A DNA stretch of 64,000 nucleotides from the human T2T-CHM13v2.0 reference genome, Homo sapiens. The position numbers and the translations under genes are program-made. The stretch lies in assembly GCF_009914755.1 (NCBI RefSeq), contig NC_060926.1, one strand, 5' to 3'. Position 1 is the stretch's first letter, and each line of letters begins with the position of its first letter. Below the pieces are notes generated by a model, which saw nothing but the letters and a program-made list of their open reading frames with translations, was not told the DNA's origin and did not search any database. Shown here in pieces: positions 13,644-27,000 of this stretch.

Positions 13644-14423
13644 ATGCTTTATAGTTTAATAAAAATGAATCTACTGAACAATATCACGAGATAATTACTA
13701 TCTTATTCTCATTTCATAGTAAATAAAAACAAAATAAAGACTTTAAAAAATTGCCCAATAATTTCTGTATCATGGAACAATAATATTATTTTTTAAAAAT
13801 ATGTTTATAAATAGGATCTGTTACAGTGAGAAGGACGTTGGACCCAAAATTGTTAGGAAAATGTGGATTCTAGGTTATTTTAAATGTCCATTGATTCCAG
13901 AAAGTGTCATGATTCATGGATTCTCCAAATGTCTCAGCTGCAAGTAAAATAGCGGGGAAAAAAAAAATAAACACCCAGATATGACATGCTGCTCTGTTTT
14001 CTTCCAGAATATTAGATTCTAGATGGCAGGCATTTTTATTCTTACTTGTAGTAATAAGAACTCATCCTTTATTTTCAATAGGCTCACATTAAATATGTCA
14101 GTATTGTGTTTAGCTGGAAGAAAGATTTGATAATTTCTTATGAGGAAAAGGAACAACTGGTGTGCTACAGGAGAATTTATTTCTATTTTGCCAGCACACA
14201 AAATATCCATGCCTAATAAAAACACTCAAAGTTGGAGTCTAAAAAATTAAAAATTAAAATGATAATATGCACACACACATGCAGACACATACAGAAAATT
14301 TGTGATGGCATCTGCCAGTAGAAAAAAGTAATGCAAAGTTTCAGTTCTCCATGATTCTGGAGGAGACTTTTTTCCCACAAAATTCTAATCTAGTCCCATA
14401 ATGATTTAAAATAGGGACATTTT

Positions 14424-14508
14424 AACACACACACACACACAAACACACACCCCACCACCACCACCGCCACCGACAACAACAACAACAATGAAGAAGAAGA
14501 AAGGAAGA
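14424..14508. repeat. Compound microsatellite (CA)n-(CCA)n-(CAA)n-(GAA)n
   Basis: Directly visible. Confidence 0.9.
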
Positions 14509-16117
14509 AATAGTTGAACTTCATTTTAGCTGTGTTTTACTGAACCAAAAGAGAGCAAATGAGACCTGTGGCTACCAACATCTAGTCAGCAGACTTTTCA
14601 CCACGTGATGAAATGCTGCAAAACATTATTTGGTCCTATTTTTATTGCTTTAATTGACTAACTGCTATTTTGGATATACTATTTAACTTCACTGATTTTG
14701 TGTTTTTATCTTTCACATAAAGATTTGAAGAATTTACCTCCCCACCTGTTGAAGATTTTGTGCAGAAAAACAAAAATTTAAAAACTGCTGTCTTAAAGAA
14801 AATAAAACAAAACCTGATCAGCGGTAGCACTGCTAAGTAGAAGCACTGAATTTTCTCCTGGCTTATTAAAATAAGTTTATATTTTGATTAGGACTAGTGT
14901 GAAAATAGTTTAAATTTGTACAGAGAGCTGGACACGCAGTTTTTATGGTACTGTTTGTAATCAACCATCATTACCCATGTGATACATGTAGGAAACACAT
15001 CTACAAACACTTTAGTCTCCTTTTATTAGTACATTTTAAACAATTGGTTAGCAATGTCCATTATGTACATTATCTTTAGTAAAATCAAAAAGTCCCCATC
15101 CTCTGGGAGTTTACACTCAAGCAGATGAAAATCACAGTGATGATTCAATCTAATGCTGCTCAAGTATAATAGACAATAACTGATGCTGAGACGGCCTATA
15201 CCAGCCACTTCTTAAATGGTAGTTAGATGATGACTGCAAATATATCTGCAAATACATCAGGCTCATGGGATAAAAAACTGGGGGATTTTGAAAATCCACT
15301 AAAAAATGATGGACATTTAACTGCTGAGAAATTTCTTGAAGGATGGGAAAGATTTGGTTAGGCAACTATGAGGAGAGGGTCATTTGATGCAAAAGCAAAA
15401 GAAACAGATTTGGAAGAGTAAAGACATTAGCATACATATAACATAGTAATGTTATGTCATCTGAGTTTTCTTTTAATAGTTAGGCATGAAGGGTGAAAAT
15501 ATATATAAATATCCTCTCTCCCTCTCCCTCTATGTGTGTGTGTTTAAATCTTTCATTGTTCAGTCATGTTAGAACAGAATTTATATTAATGTCCACTATT
15601 CAATTTGGCTGTCAAAGCAAATGACTCTCAGAATTCCCCTAAGTTTCTTTCATGTCTCATCTCCTTAACCTGTTTTACCTATACATCAACTTCAAAGGGA
15701 ATTATTTCTCTGAGAGAAAGATGAATAAAGTGGGCAAGACTTACATCTACTCAGCACAGTGAATTTGCTAGATTATCATCACCATGGTCATAAACATAAA
15801 GTATTTCAGTGAAGAGTGACAGGAAAATACAAGATCAATAACAAGTATACACTAAATCTAAATATCCATTTAGTTTTTGTATGTAGAAATTTTTTAGCAA
15901 CTGACTTAGCTTTTTCTAAGAATTTCAGTTGCTATTCATTTCAACTTTACAGAAATTAAGCTGTTAGAAACCAGATAACATTATAGTTCCTTGCCAACAC
16001 ACATCAACTTACTCTTTAGTAAATGATGCCATAAACAATATAAATGATTATTTAAGCATTGCTCATAATATCTAAAGAAGAAATTCTGAAAGTCCTTAAT
16101 CTCTGTCTGGGGAGGTT

Positions 16118-16290
16118 AAGAGTAGCATGGCTCTGGACATAGATGATCTTGAGTTTAAAATTTTGCTCTGATAAATTCCAGCTATATGACATTGGGTAAC
16201 TTACTTTATTTTACTTATCTCTGTTTCCGTATCGAATTCCCCTCAGAAATAGGATATTTGTGAGATGTGAATAGAATTATAGAGAAGGTA
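16118..16290 (+). mobile_element. MIR SINE fragment
   Basis: agcatggctctgga...gagtttaaa...cagctatatgacattgggtaacttactt...ctctgtttcc matches the MIR core. Confidence 0.7.
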
Positions 16291-16841
16291 GGAAGCCCTT
16301 GCCTCAAAACCTGTGTATGGTTAAGATTTGAAAGTCTCTGTGTGCTTGTGTGTGTGTGTGTGCATGCACATGTGCTTACCTGTAACATATTTATGGCAGA
16401 AAGAGTGAGTATAAAATATGGAAAAGATAATTATGCAGGGCCAGAAATAGAAATCAAAAAAATATATGTAGATTAAATAAACAGAAATTAAAAATGAACA
16501 AAAATGAAAATCATAAAGAAATCAAAGTTGCAGTCAAGAAGTAGCGTATCATCTAAGAAGTTAAACTAGGGGAAGGTTGTTTGGCACAATAAATTGCTAA
16601 GTTCATAAAATTTTTTGAAGTTTAGGACATCTGTGATTTCTTAGTGGCAATCACAACTATATTACCACTATGTGATTTCATTAATCAGAATAATTATGTA
16701 TGACAAAAATCTGTATTATTAACAATTCTCTCAAATGATTCAATACAACTACCAAAGCACTACATTTTGAAAAACATTGTAAATCTCACTTAGAAAAAAA
16801 AATCTACAACATATGGTCACATGTGCTATTAAGCAAAATGA

Positions 16842-17114
<273 letters not shown>

Positions 17115-18321
17115 AAACAAACAAACAAACAAACAAAAATTTTAATGGGACCATTTGGTGAAGGGATAAGACACCTTGTATGAACTTGGAGACCCTAAGT
17201 ATCTTATTAAAATACATATTTATATAAGCAGGCTTTATTTTTTAAAAAGTAGCAGTAACAACAACTTTTCCTTTTACTATGTTTGCTAAAACATTGTAGG
17301 AAAGACAAAACCTTAAAGAAAACCTCAGCTTTCAAGGTGCTCACAAACTAATAGAGAGAGAAAGTCATCAAGAGTTAATTTAAAACTCAAGCTGCTGATT
17401 AGCAGTGCAAGACCACAAGAGAAGAGATGTCACAAGGTAAGCAGTGATTAACTGTTACTTGAATTACATTGACAGTAATTGATAGAGGGCTTCAAAGAAG
17501 GAAGAGAGTATATGATGACCCAGAGTCATCCAGAGGTGAACCTGGGCCAGGTGCCTCTCCATTGAAAAAGCATGTGAAAGAATAAAGCACCACAAAAGAC
17601 CTTTGAAAATTTTATAAGATTAAAAAAACGAAAGTTGGTACTTCCTATGTGATTTGAACAGTGCTAGGTGTTCTATATGCAATAATTTCTTTAAATTTCA
17701 GAACTCTAGGAGCTAGATGTTATTGCTAATTTTAAAGATGAATAACCAGGATTTGGGGATAAATAGTTGATGTAAAGTCACTTGACAATTGAATACAGAA
17801 TATAAATTATGGTGATGACTCTGAATCTTGTTCCTGTTCTATCACATCACACTAACATCTGGCATAGTTGTTTATTTGGAAGAATCAGTAATGTGACACA
17901 GGTGATAATGTCAGATCAATGAATTTTAACCATAATTATTTCCACATGTGATACATTTTGATGCTATCAATTTCAATTATTTATTTTCAATTACTTTCTC
18001 TTTCCATGTTCTGCCCTCAACTCATTGACTTAATTTTGTTTTTGGCCACCAATTTAACTGTGGTTGAAATTTTCTGCAAGCTCTGTTCTGGGATTTAACC
18101 TTGCAGAGATACTTAATAACTATTTTCAGTTTTGTCATTTTCTTATTGTGACATTGCTCACTTTAAGACTATTTGACACAAGATAAAATACAAAGATTTA
18201 CTTTTAAAAAGACGTGATCAAAGAGAAGAATGGATTTGTCTTTGAGGTTTTATTTAACTTCTGATGCTGCAAACAATATTTAGCCTTAATACACAAATTT
18301 CCCTAATGTAAGATAGATTGG

Positions 18322-18725
18322 TGATATAGTTTGGCTATTTGTCCCTGCCCAAATCTGATGCTGAAAGGTAATCCCCAGTGTTGGCAGTGGGGCCTGGTGG
18401 GAGGTGTTTGGGTCATGGGAGTGGATCCCTCATGGCTGGGTACTACCTCAGAATAGTGAGGGGATTCTCAGGAGGTCTGGTTTTTTAAAAGTGTGTGCCA
18501 CCTTGCCTTCCTGTCTTGCCCCTGCTCGAGCCATGTGATGTGCTTGCTCCCACTTCCCCTTCTGCCATGAGTAAAACGCCTTGAAGCCTTCTCAGAAGCT
18601 GAGCAGATGCTGGCACCAAGCTTCCTGTACAGCCTGCAATACTGTGAAGAAATTAAACCTCTTTTCTCTATAAATTACTCAGCTTCAGGTATTTCTTTAT
18701 CGCAATGCAAGAATGACCTATTACA
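18322..18725 (+). mobile_element. MSTB-type ERVL-MaLR solo LTR
   Basis: tgatatagtttggc...ggggcctggtgggaggtgtttgggtcatgg...gaagctgagcagatgctggcacc...attaaacctcttttc...taca. Confidence 0.9.
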
Positions 18726-18819
18726 ATGAGTACTTTGGTATCACTAGAATAAGAGATTGGGAGCAAAAGTTAAAAATAATGACCTCAAGGTTTACTGATG
18801 TTGAAGATATTGTGCAAAG

Positions 18820-19110
18820 TCAACCAGTCATAGAAGGATAAATATTGCACTGTTACACTATGTGAGGTATCTGAAGTTGTCAACATCACAAAAAAACAAA
18901 AGTAGAATGGTGGCTTCCAGGGGCTGGCAGGGGAGTGGAACGGGGAGTTGTGCTCAGTGAGTATAGGGTTTCAGTCGTTCAAGATGAACAAGTCCTAAGA
19001 TCTGCTGTACAATATTGTGCTTATAGTTAATCCTACCGTACTGTGCATTTAAAGCTTTGTTAAACAAGTAGATATCATCATATGTGTTTTTTATCACAAT
19101 AAAAAACTTA
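18820..19110 (+). mobile_element. L1MA/L1MB 3' end fragment
   Basis: gtagaatggtggcttccaggggctgg...gtttcagt...caagatgaacaagtcctaagatctgctgtaca...cacaataaaaaa. Confidence 0.85.
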
Positions 19111-19469
19111 AAAATAGAAATTCACATCAGAAAACTCAAGATCTTATGTGACAATCAGGATAGTAAGTGGTATCTTGAAAACATTCCTTATTATTTTTGG
19201 TACATTAGTACCAAATTGGCACATTAGTAATCTAGATGTGCACGATTGAAGCTGCTCAACCCCTTTACTTACAAACATTCCAGTCATGCTTCTCCTCTAA
19301 CATCACTAAAAAGCTCAGTCTTTATTATTCTGAATGTCCAGAATCTAATAAAAATGGTAAGAAAAAAGTCAAGAATAAACAAAATCATACCCAAACATTC
19401 CCCAGATTTTGGAACTATTAGGTAGGCACATTAAAATATCTATGGTATATATGTCAAAAACATATGAAA

Positions 19470-19590
19470 ATAAGTGATGGTGTTTACATGTACTATATCG
19501 ACATTTGTTAAAACTCCCAGAACTATCCAACTAAAAGTGGTAAATTGTATTTATGTAAATTATGTCACAATAAGCCTTAATATAAAATAT
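19470..19590 (+). mobile_element. L1ME-like 3' end fragment
   Basis: acatttgttaaaactcccagaactat...tatgtaaattatgtcacaataa. Confidence 0.55.
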
Positions 19591-21819
19591 CGATATAGCA
19601 TTTGTTAGATATGCTCAAAGCCTCTTTTGGGTCTAGCTGATCTTTCCCTCGGGTCACTGAGGGAGATTGTTTAGCTTCCAGCTCCCGTTCATTAGACATT
19701 GTCTTCTTCAGGGACTTCATAGCAATATAGACAAAAATATCATAATACGATTTAATAAAACTTTAGGGTTACCCAAAAGACCTACCTAACAATTGTATTT
19801 GTTACACTTTGAACTAAAAAAAAAAAAGTCAACACCATTCTCCATCTCGTTCCTGACAAAGATGCTTTAATATCCATGCAAATTCTATTTGCTTCTATCT
19901 CTGATGCCCTGCCCTTCCAGCTGCCATTTTCAACCATTCCGGTTAAGATATTTGTCTTGCATTTTCATTCCCAGTCTTTTAGTTACTTTATTAAATGCTA
20001 AAGTACTGCCTCATATTTTTGTTTGTCTGATTTGTGTGTTTGGCTTTCTTACCTGTACTCTACGCTATTAATAGGTTGAGTGAAACTATGATGTCTTTTA
20101 AAAATATATTTTTAAATAACATTGTTTCACTGAGAAGAATTTTTTTTAAAAGCTATTAATTATATGAAGACAAAAGGGAGAGTTAAATCTCATCTCTATT
20201 GGATTTTATTGCACACGCATTTCCTTCTTCCCAGCTGGCCCCTCCTCCCGCAAATCTCAACTGGGTTCCTCAGAGATGTGCCACTGTGATGTCCCAGCCC
20301 TGCATTACTGTGTAGTGTCTTCAGCTAGCTGGACATTTATCGTTCTATTAGATTACGTACTTTCCTTAAACTTAAATGTTTTTATTTTCTTTCCTCATTG
20401 TCTGCGATCTGGAAATAGAGCTTTCAGTTCTCATCACTCCTTAAATTCTGTGCTCTTTCAGAATGCCATTTTCCATTTTTATTTAAAAACTATTATGAAC
20501 CAAAAATACAAAGCCAAGAATCATAGACTATACACCACAACCATCCAGTGTAATCACACACACACCCCCAAAAAAACTGAAATTATTTTTTATGCAAACT
20601 TACTTTATCAAAACGGTCTTCTAAACTCTTAAAACACTGTTTTCACAAGCAAATTTACTTCTAGTGACACCTTCAAGACATAAACGATGGGAGAAATAGA
20701 GTAGTGCTAAATTGTGTCAAAGCTCGACCATGTTTGGTTATTTTTAAAGTGTATATAATGTTAACAGGTGAGGTAGTTAAATTTATACTAAGTAAAGTTT
20801 TGCTAGTCTTTCTACTTTGTGATAACTGATGTAAACTCTTAAGATTTTCTTGATATTTCTAAAATTTTAAAGATGAAATTAAAAAATGATAAAACCATAG
20901 AATTAATATTAGGGATGAGACATTATGGAAATTAATACAAATAGCCATTCATTTGTGGGTATTAACTTATTTTCATATGTTTTTGCCATTTGAATTATTT
21001 TATGTAAATGTTTCATTGATTTATAAATATGTTTCATAATTGTATTTTCTAAAACAATTGGTGACTGTTTGCAAGTATTGGAAATGTATATATTATCAAA
21101 ATATTATCTTTTTTCTAGAAACAATTCTAAAAATTTTCTGCAGAAAGTTTTATTTTCGTAAATATTGACATGCCATTTATTTCTCAGCCTATTATTTTAA
21201 GGAAAATATTCTTCTCTTACATCTACTTTAACTTTCTTTTACATTTATTGCTTAATTTATTTGGAATTCATTGTCATATATTCTTATTTCTAATTTTTAT
21301 TAAAATAGATTTAGTGTTTTAACATATAGCAAAATCATTAGTGTTGATTTTCAGATACTAGTTTCATCAGTTTTATTAATTATAAAATATTTTTATTTTA
21401 TGTCAAGTTTTTCTTAGCATCTACTGGGCTTCAGCTTTTACTTTCTCAGCATGCATTACTATAAGTATATTTTTTCTCTTTCTATTTATTTGTATATTTG
21501 CTGATGTTAAACCACGCTTTCACTCATGATCTTAGTAGATTATTTGGAATACATAAGCAAGTAATTTTTTTACTATATTTATTTAATAGATGGTATATGT
21601 GAGAACAATAATTAATCACAAAACCTGACCAATAAAATGAATTCTCCAGTTTGTTTTTTCCTATTCATTCAACTCCCATTACACCCATTTAAAAAAAAAA
21701 ATTCATTTTTAGTTCCATTCACTTTCTTTTTTAAAAAAGAAAAAAAACCATTATATATATGTGTGTGTGTATATACATAGAAGGGTATATATATATATAT
21801 ATCTCAACATATATATGGA

Positions 21820-23085
21820 TATACATATAATGGATATTTAGAGAATACATATAATTTAATGTATTCCTGGTTCATATAAACTATTTATTTATTTAGTTTA
21901 TGAATGCTTATGTAACTTAAATCTTTTGCTCAGCATGATGATTCTGGGGATTTATTCACATTACTAAAGTTAAACATTGTTCCCAGGTTTCTGGACCATT
22001 GATGCTTCCTACTTTTCTGTTCTGTTCTGTGTGCTTACTTTTCGGCTAAGTTGTGTTTAGTAATTCTGAGCATTTCATATGGATTCTTCCGTATATCCTC
22101 ATATCATTCCTCCATTGCTGTATATCCTATATATCATTCCTCCATTGCTGTATATCCTGTATATCATTCCTCCATCTTGCAAATATCTCCCATCCTTGTG
22201 CTGCTTGTTTCGGGGATCTGTCCATGATCATTTGTTTAACAGTCATTCTTAATTTTGAAAGACATTGATTTATGAGTCTTTTCCTTTACAGTTTACATTG
22301 TGTATGTTGGTTAACAAATTATACCATAACATGTGATATCATATCTTTAGCTTTCTGTATTTCTTCTATAATTGTTTGAATTATGAATATCTATAATCCA
22401 GCTGGATTGATTGGGAATGGGGGTGTTCGAATTTTTGTGTGAGGTAGCAGTTGAATTTCATTTTATTTATAAATATGGATACTAGTTTTTCCAGCATGAT
22501 TTATGGAAGCATTCGACTTTTTCCTATGACCTACAATGTCAAAATTCTGGACTGTATTTCTGGACTCCTTGTTACGTTTCCATAGGTTTTATGTGTCTAT
22601 TCTTGTGCCATTATCTCACTCTTAAGTACTGTAGCTTAATAATTATGTGTCATATCTTCTAAGCGATGACTTCACAGTTTGTGTTCTTCACTCTTGGGCT
22701 TTTGCACTTCCATGTACATAGAGAATTATCTGAAGAAATTAAACCCATAGTCTCATGCACACGTGCATGTGCACACTCACATGTAAACAAAAACCACACC
22801 TCTGTTGACTTTTTGTTTTACTAGAATTTCACTAAACTGATAGATCAATTTGAAAAAACTCAACATTTTTCTTATATTAAGTCATTCAATTCATGTATAT
22901 GATATCACATAAATGTTTTCTTATAAATAATCTCGATTTTCTGCATAAAGATATTGCATTGCTTTTGATAGATTTACTGGTAGGTGTTTTATGCATTAGA
23001 AACTAATGTAAATGTCACATTTTTATCATATTTTCTAAATACTTTTCCTAGTGAATAGTGACATAATTTGAGGATATTGACATTA
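21820..23085 (-). mobile_element. Old L1M(E) ORF2/3' region fragments
   Basis: Decayed antisense L1 ORF2 text (ttttccagcatgatttat, gtactgtagctt, tagatcaatttg). Confidence 0.6.
22091..22175. repeat. 30-bp minisatellite, ~3 copies
   Basis: gtatatcct[c-/at/gt]atatcattcctccattgct at 22091, 22120 and 22150. Confidence 0.95.
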
Positions 23086-23089
23086 ATTT

Positions 23090-23525
23090 TTTTATGAATA
23101 TATGTACTGTACTTTTAGAACAGTTTTATGTATACAGAGCAATTGAGCAGATAGGTCTCATCTATCCCCTCACCCTGTACACAGTTTCTACTAGTACTAA
23201 TGCCTTACATCAGTATGGTATATTTCTTACAATCAATAAATCAATATTAATATAATATTAAGTAAGTTGATTATATGCAGATCTCCTAGTTTTTACTTAA
23301 TGCCTCTTTCTTTTCTAGGATCCCATTCAAGATATCACATTACACTTAGCTGTTGCATCTCCTTAGGTTTCTCTTGGATATGCCATTTTTCAGACTTTAC
23401 TTGTTTTTGATGACCTTGACATTTATGAAAAACACATTTTCAGGTGTGTTATAGGATGCCCTTCTATTGCAATATGTCTGATGTGTCTGATGTTTTTCTG
23501 ATTATTAGAGAAGTGTTATGAGGCT
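23090..23525 (-). mobile_element. L1MC (MC1-3-like) 3' end fragment
   Basis: ttttagaacagttttatgtatacagagcaattgagcaga...ggatcccattcaagatatcacattac...gtttttgatgaccttgaca. Confidence 0.8.
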
Positions 23526-24489
23526 TTTATTTTCACATTTAGACCTTTACTGAGCAAATGTCTCACACTTTGACAGGGACACTCTGCGGGAAACAGTTGA
23601 GAGATCCATGGTACACGCGCGAGATGAGAAGATGACATTTGTGCCTTCATGCAGTTGGTTAGCAATGGTCATCATCCACAGTAGTTACAGAAGAAGGTAT
23701 GGCCATGGCCATTAGGAAAGTGAGGGTGAGGTGTTCCATTGTGGTGCCTAAGAGGTATTCAAGGTGGCTAACATTTCTTTAGGCTACAACTTTTGACATA
23801 CAGTCTTCTATGTCCTGCTTTCATCCATTCTGTATCATTAGAATTTAGAACTGTCTGTTTTAAATAGTATATAGGTTGATACTATATCTTGTATTAGAGA
23901 TTTATCCTTTAGCTGGAGCATGCAAGTTACATATTTATTATAATTACTGGTATATTTGGACTTTTTCTATGTTAATTTTGTGTTTGTGCTTGCATGCTTT
24001 CTATTTATCAAACCTCTTCAATTTCTTTTTTCTTGCCCCTTTGAATACCTTTTTTAAAATTGCTTTCTACTCTCTGCTAGTTTAGAAGTTAACCTCTATA
24101 TAAAATTTTCAATGTATATCAAAAAAGAAAAAGTGGTAGCCACACTACACATTTGGATCTCCAGATGCAACAATACCAAGTGCGTTTTTTCTACAGTAAC
24201 TTGGAAGCTTCTAGAGTCTAGCTTTTACTATCAGAGATAACATGATTGCTAGAGACAACAGGTAAGTTTCTGCTAATAAAGTCTGGTTTTGTGGTTGATT
24301 GGTGCTCTTGGCTGCCATGCTCCTCTGTAGCCTCTAATTTGGTTGCTGGCCTTTCCAGAGATTGTAAAAATGATCAAATAATCTTTAATAAACTCCCATT
24401 TGCTGATGCTATCTTAAGTGGATTCTCTTTGTATCTAAGAACCCTGACAAAATAAATTTGGGTGCTTTGTTGTTTGAGATATACACTTT

Positions 24490-25620
24490 TCTGACTATCC
24501 CATTGTTAATGTCACAGTGCATCATATCCCTTTCTTGCTCAGTGTTTTTAATCATAAATTTCATTTTGTCTGATGTTGATTTTGTCACTTTTGCTTTTGC
24601 TTGGTGTGCATCTATCTCTCTGGTATATCTTTGAATAACCTTTTATATTTAGCTTTTTTAAACAATTTTTTTCTTATACTTGTTTCTTATAAACAGCATC
24701 TCAATTAATTTTGCTTATTAGCCAAGTTTGACAGTATTTGCATTTTAATTGGAAATTCAACTCTATTCATATTTAGTGCAACTGCCTGATATGTTTTAAT
24801 TTAGTTCTTCATTTTATCATTACCATTCTATTTATTTCATTGTATCTTCTTTACAACTATCCTTGTTGTCATTGGCTTAAATCTGTAACTATGCATGTAT
24901 TCTCATTTTTTTCTTGTTAAATTGGGAATTTTGCTATCTTTTCTTAAAGGAAAGTACCTAATTTATGCATCTAATCAAACATATATCTGAACAATTTTAT
25001 GCAATCAATAGACCAACTATTTTTCCTACCAGACTGTTTACTTTTTTCTCAGTCTTTCTTCTCAAGCTGAGGATAACTTTAAAGGGTTTTAACCTCCCCA
25101 TTTCTCTTATGCATGCATGACACATGAAACCCGGTGAAGGCTTTTGCTTTGCCCTTTGATCTACAAACATGGATACTGCATTCCCCTCTGAATCATTTAG
25201 TGATTTTGTGTGAGTTCTTTCTTGAATCATTCCCTCATTGGAGTTATTTTGGTGTTATATTCTATGAGATACCTATTGTTGACTGCAAATATTTTCTTTT
25301 ATCTTGACGAATAATATCTTGGAGGATTATAGTGTTATCACCTGATGCTCTTTGTGACCCATACAAATTATTTCAACAACTTCATGTTAAAATTAGAATT
25401 TTCATGCAAGTTCAATTTCTTGTTATTATTATTTATAAAGAATAAGTCCTTTCTGTCTGGAAAGTTATAAAATTTTCTCTTCTTCTTAGAGATCAGAATT
25501 ATTATGTGGGAATGTCTAAGCATATGTCTTTTGTCATCAATCCTACAATGAGCTCAGTGTTATTCTTATAATCACAGTCCATGTCTCTTTGGAGGTTAGG
25601 GAAATTATTACCTCTTTATT
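24490..25620 (-). mobile_element. Very old L1M ORF1-region fragment
   Basis: ttttgtctgatgttgat...tgtttcttataaacagcat...ctattcatattta resembles decayed antisense L1M. Confidence 0.5.
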
Positions 25621-25622
25621 TC

Positions 25623-25654
<32 letters not shown>

Positions 25655-25783
25655 ATGTGAAAATGTTGGTGAAAAATACTGGCTGTTTTACTGAACTCTA
25701 ATTCAACTCTCAGCAGAAACTATTCTTTTTTCAATTCCTCTAGTTAGTGTAACTTTTAAAAGTACACTTTTTAACCTTCAGTC

Positions 25784-25837
25784 TTTGTGATATATCTGAA
25801 TTTCCCCTCTTTTGTGATATATTTGAATTTCCCCTCT
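25784..25837. repeat. 27-bp tandem duplication
   Basis: tttgtgatatat[c/t]tgaatttcccctct twice. Confidence 0.92.
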
Positions 25838-25849
25838 TTTCTTTATCTA

Positions 25850-26619
25850 TGAAAAGAGTCAAACTCTGTAAAATATTTGAAGAGATTTATTCTGAGCCAA
25901 ATATGAGTGATCACAGCTCATGACACAGCCCTCAGGAGGTCCTGAGAACATGTGTCCAAGGTGGGTCAGGGTGCAGCTTGGTTTTATACATTTTAGGGAG
26001 ACATGAAGCTTCAATCAAACACATTTGAGAAATACATTGGTTTGCTCCAGAAAGGCGGGACAATTAGAAGTGGGGCAGAGGGTAGGGGGCACTTCCAGGC
26101 TATAGGTAAATTTAAATATTTTCTGGTTGACAATCTGTGGAGTTTGTCTAAAGACCTGGATTCAGTAGAAAGGAATAATAAAAGATTGTGGAGACAAAGG
26201 TTCTTTTGAAGTCCAATAGTGGCTGCCCTTAGAGACAATAGATGACAAATGTTTTTTATTCAAACTTCTAAAAGGTGCTAGACTCTTGGTTAATCTCTTC
26301 AGGACTGGAAGGGCCTGGAAGAAAAACATCTAGCTATGTTAATAGAGATTCCCTACAGGTGCAAATTTTTCCCCCACAGAGGATGGCTTTGCAGGGTCAT
26401 TTCAAAATACGGCAAAGAAACATGCTTTGGGGAAAAATATTTTTATTTTCTTCTTTGTTACATAACATTATATCAGAGTCAGATTGGAAAGTAAGTGATG
26501 ATATATAAGGTTAAATAAAACCCATCTGGTGAGAATTTATCATTTGTAGGGCATGATTTCCCAGGCCCCTTAGGTAGGAATTTGGGCAAGATAAGAAAAA
26601 AATCACAGCCTGGTCCTCA
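25850..26619 (-). mobile_element. MER4-family (MER4D1/E-like) ERV1 solo LTR
   Basis: tgaaaagagtcaaactctgtaaaatatttgaagagatttattctgagcc ... gaatttgggcaagataa...gtcctca, with TG...CA ends. Flanks tcta/tctt fit a decayed 4-bp TSD. Confidence 0.9.
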
Positions 26620-26744
26620 TCTTATTACTTTATTGTTCTCTACATTACTATTTTCAAGTTGATATCTGTTTCCTTTAGCAGCTCTATTTTTTTTTTTTTA
26701 TTTTACTTTTTTTTAGCTCTCACACCTGCATATCCTTAGGTGTT

Positions 26745-27000
26745 GTATTAGTTTCCTGTGGCTGCTGTAACAAATTGCCAGTGGCTTAGTGTCTTAAAAC
26801 AATGCAATTCTATTATCTTATAGCTCTGGAAGGCAGACATGTAATGTAGGTCTGACTGGTTAAAGGGATAGTGTTGGCAGGGCATGTCCCACCTGGAGGC
26901 TCTAGAAACTCTTGCCTTTTCCAGATTCTAGAGGTTGCCAGCATTTCCTGACGGTGGCTGATCACTCACATCTCCACTTGTCCGTCCCTTCTTTTCCTTC
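26745..27000 (-). mobile_element. MLT1 (MLT1C-like) LTR fragment
   Basis: tgtattagtttcctgtggctgctgtaacaaattgcc...ttaaaacaa...ctggaggctctaga...ttctagaggttgcc. Confidence 0.8.

Noticed and set aside
24230-24450. Possible old LTR 3' end (aataaactcc...aagaaccctgaca)
   Set aside because: Too decayed to assign a family or boundaries by eye.
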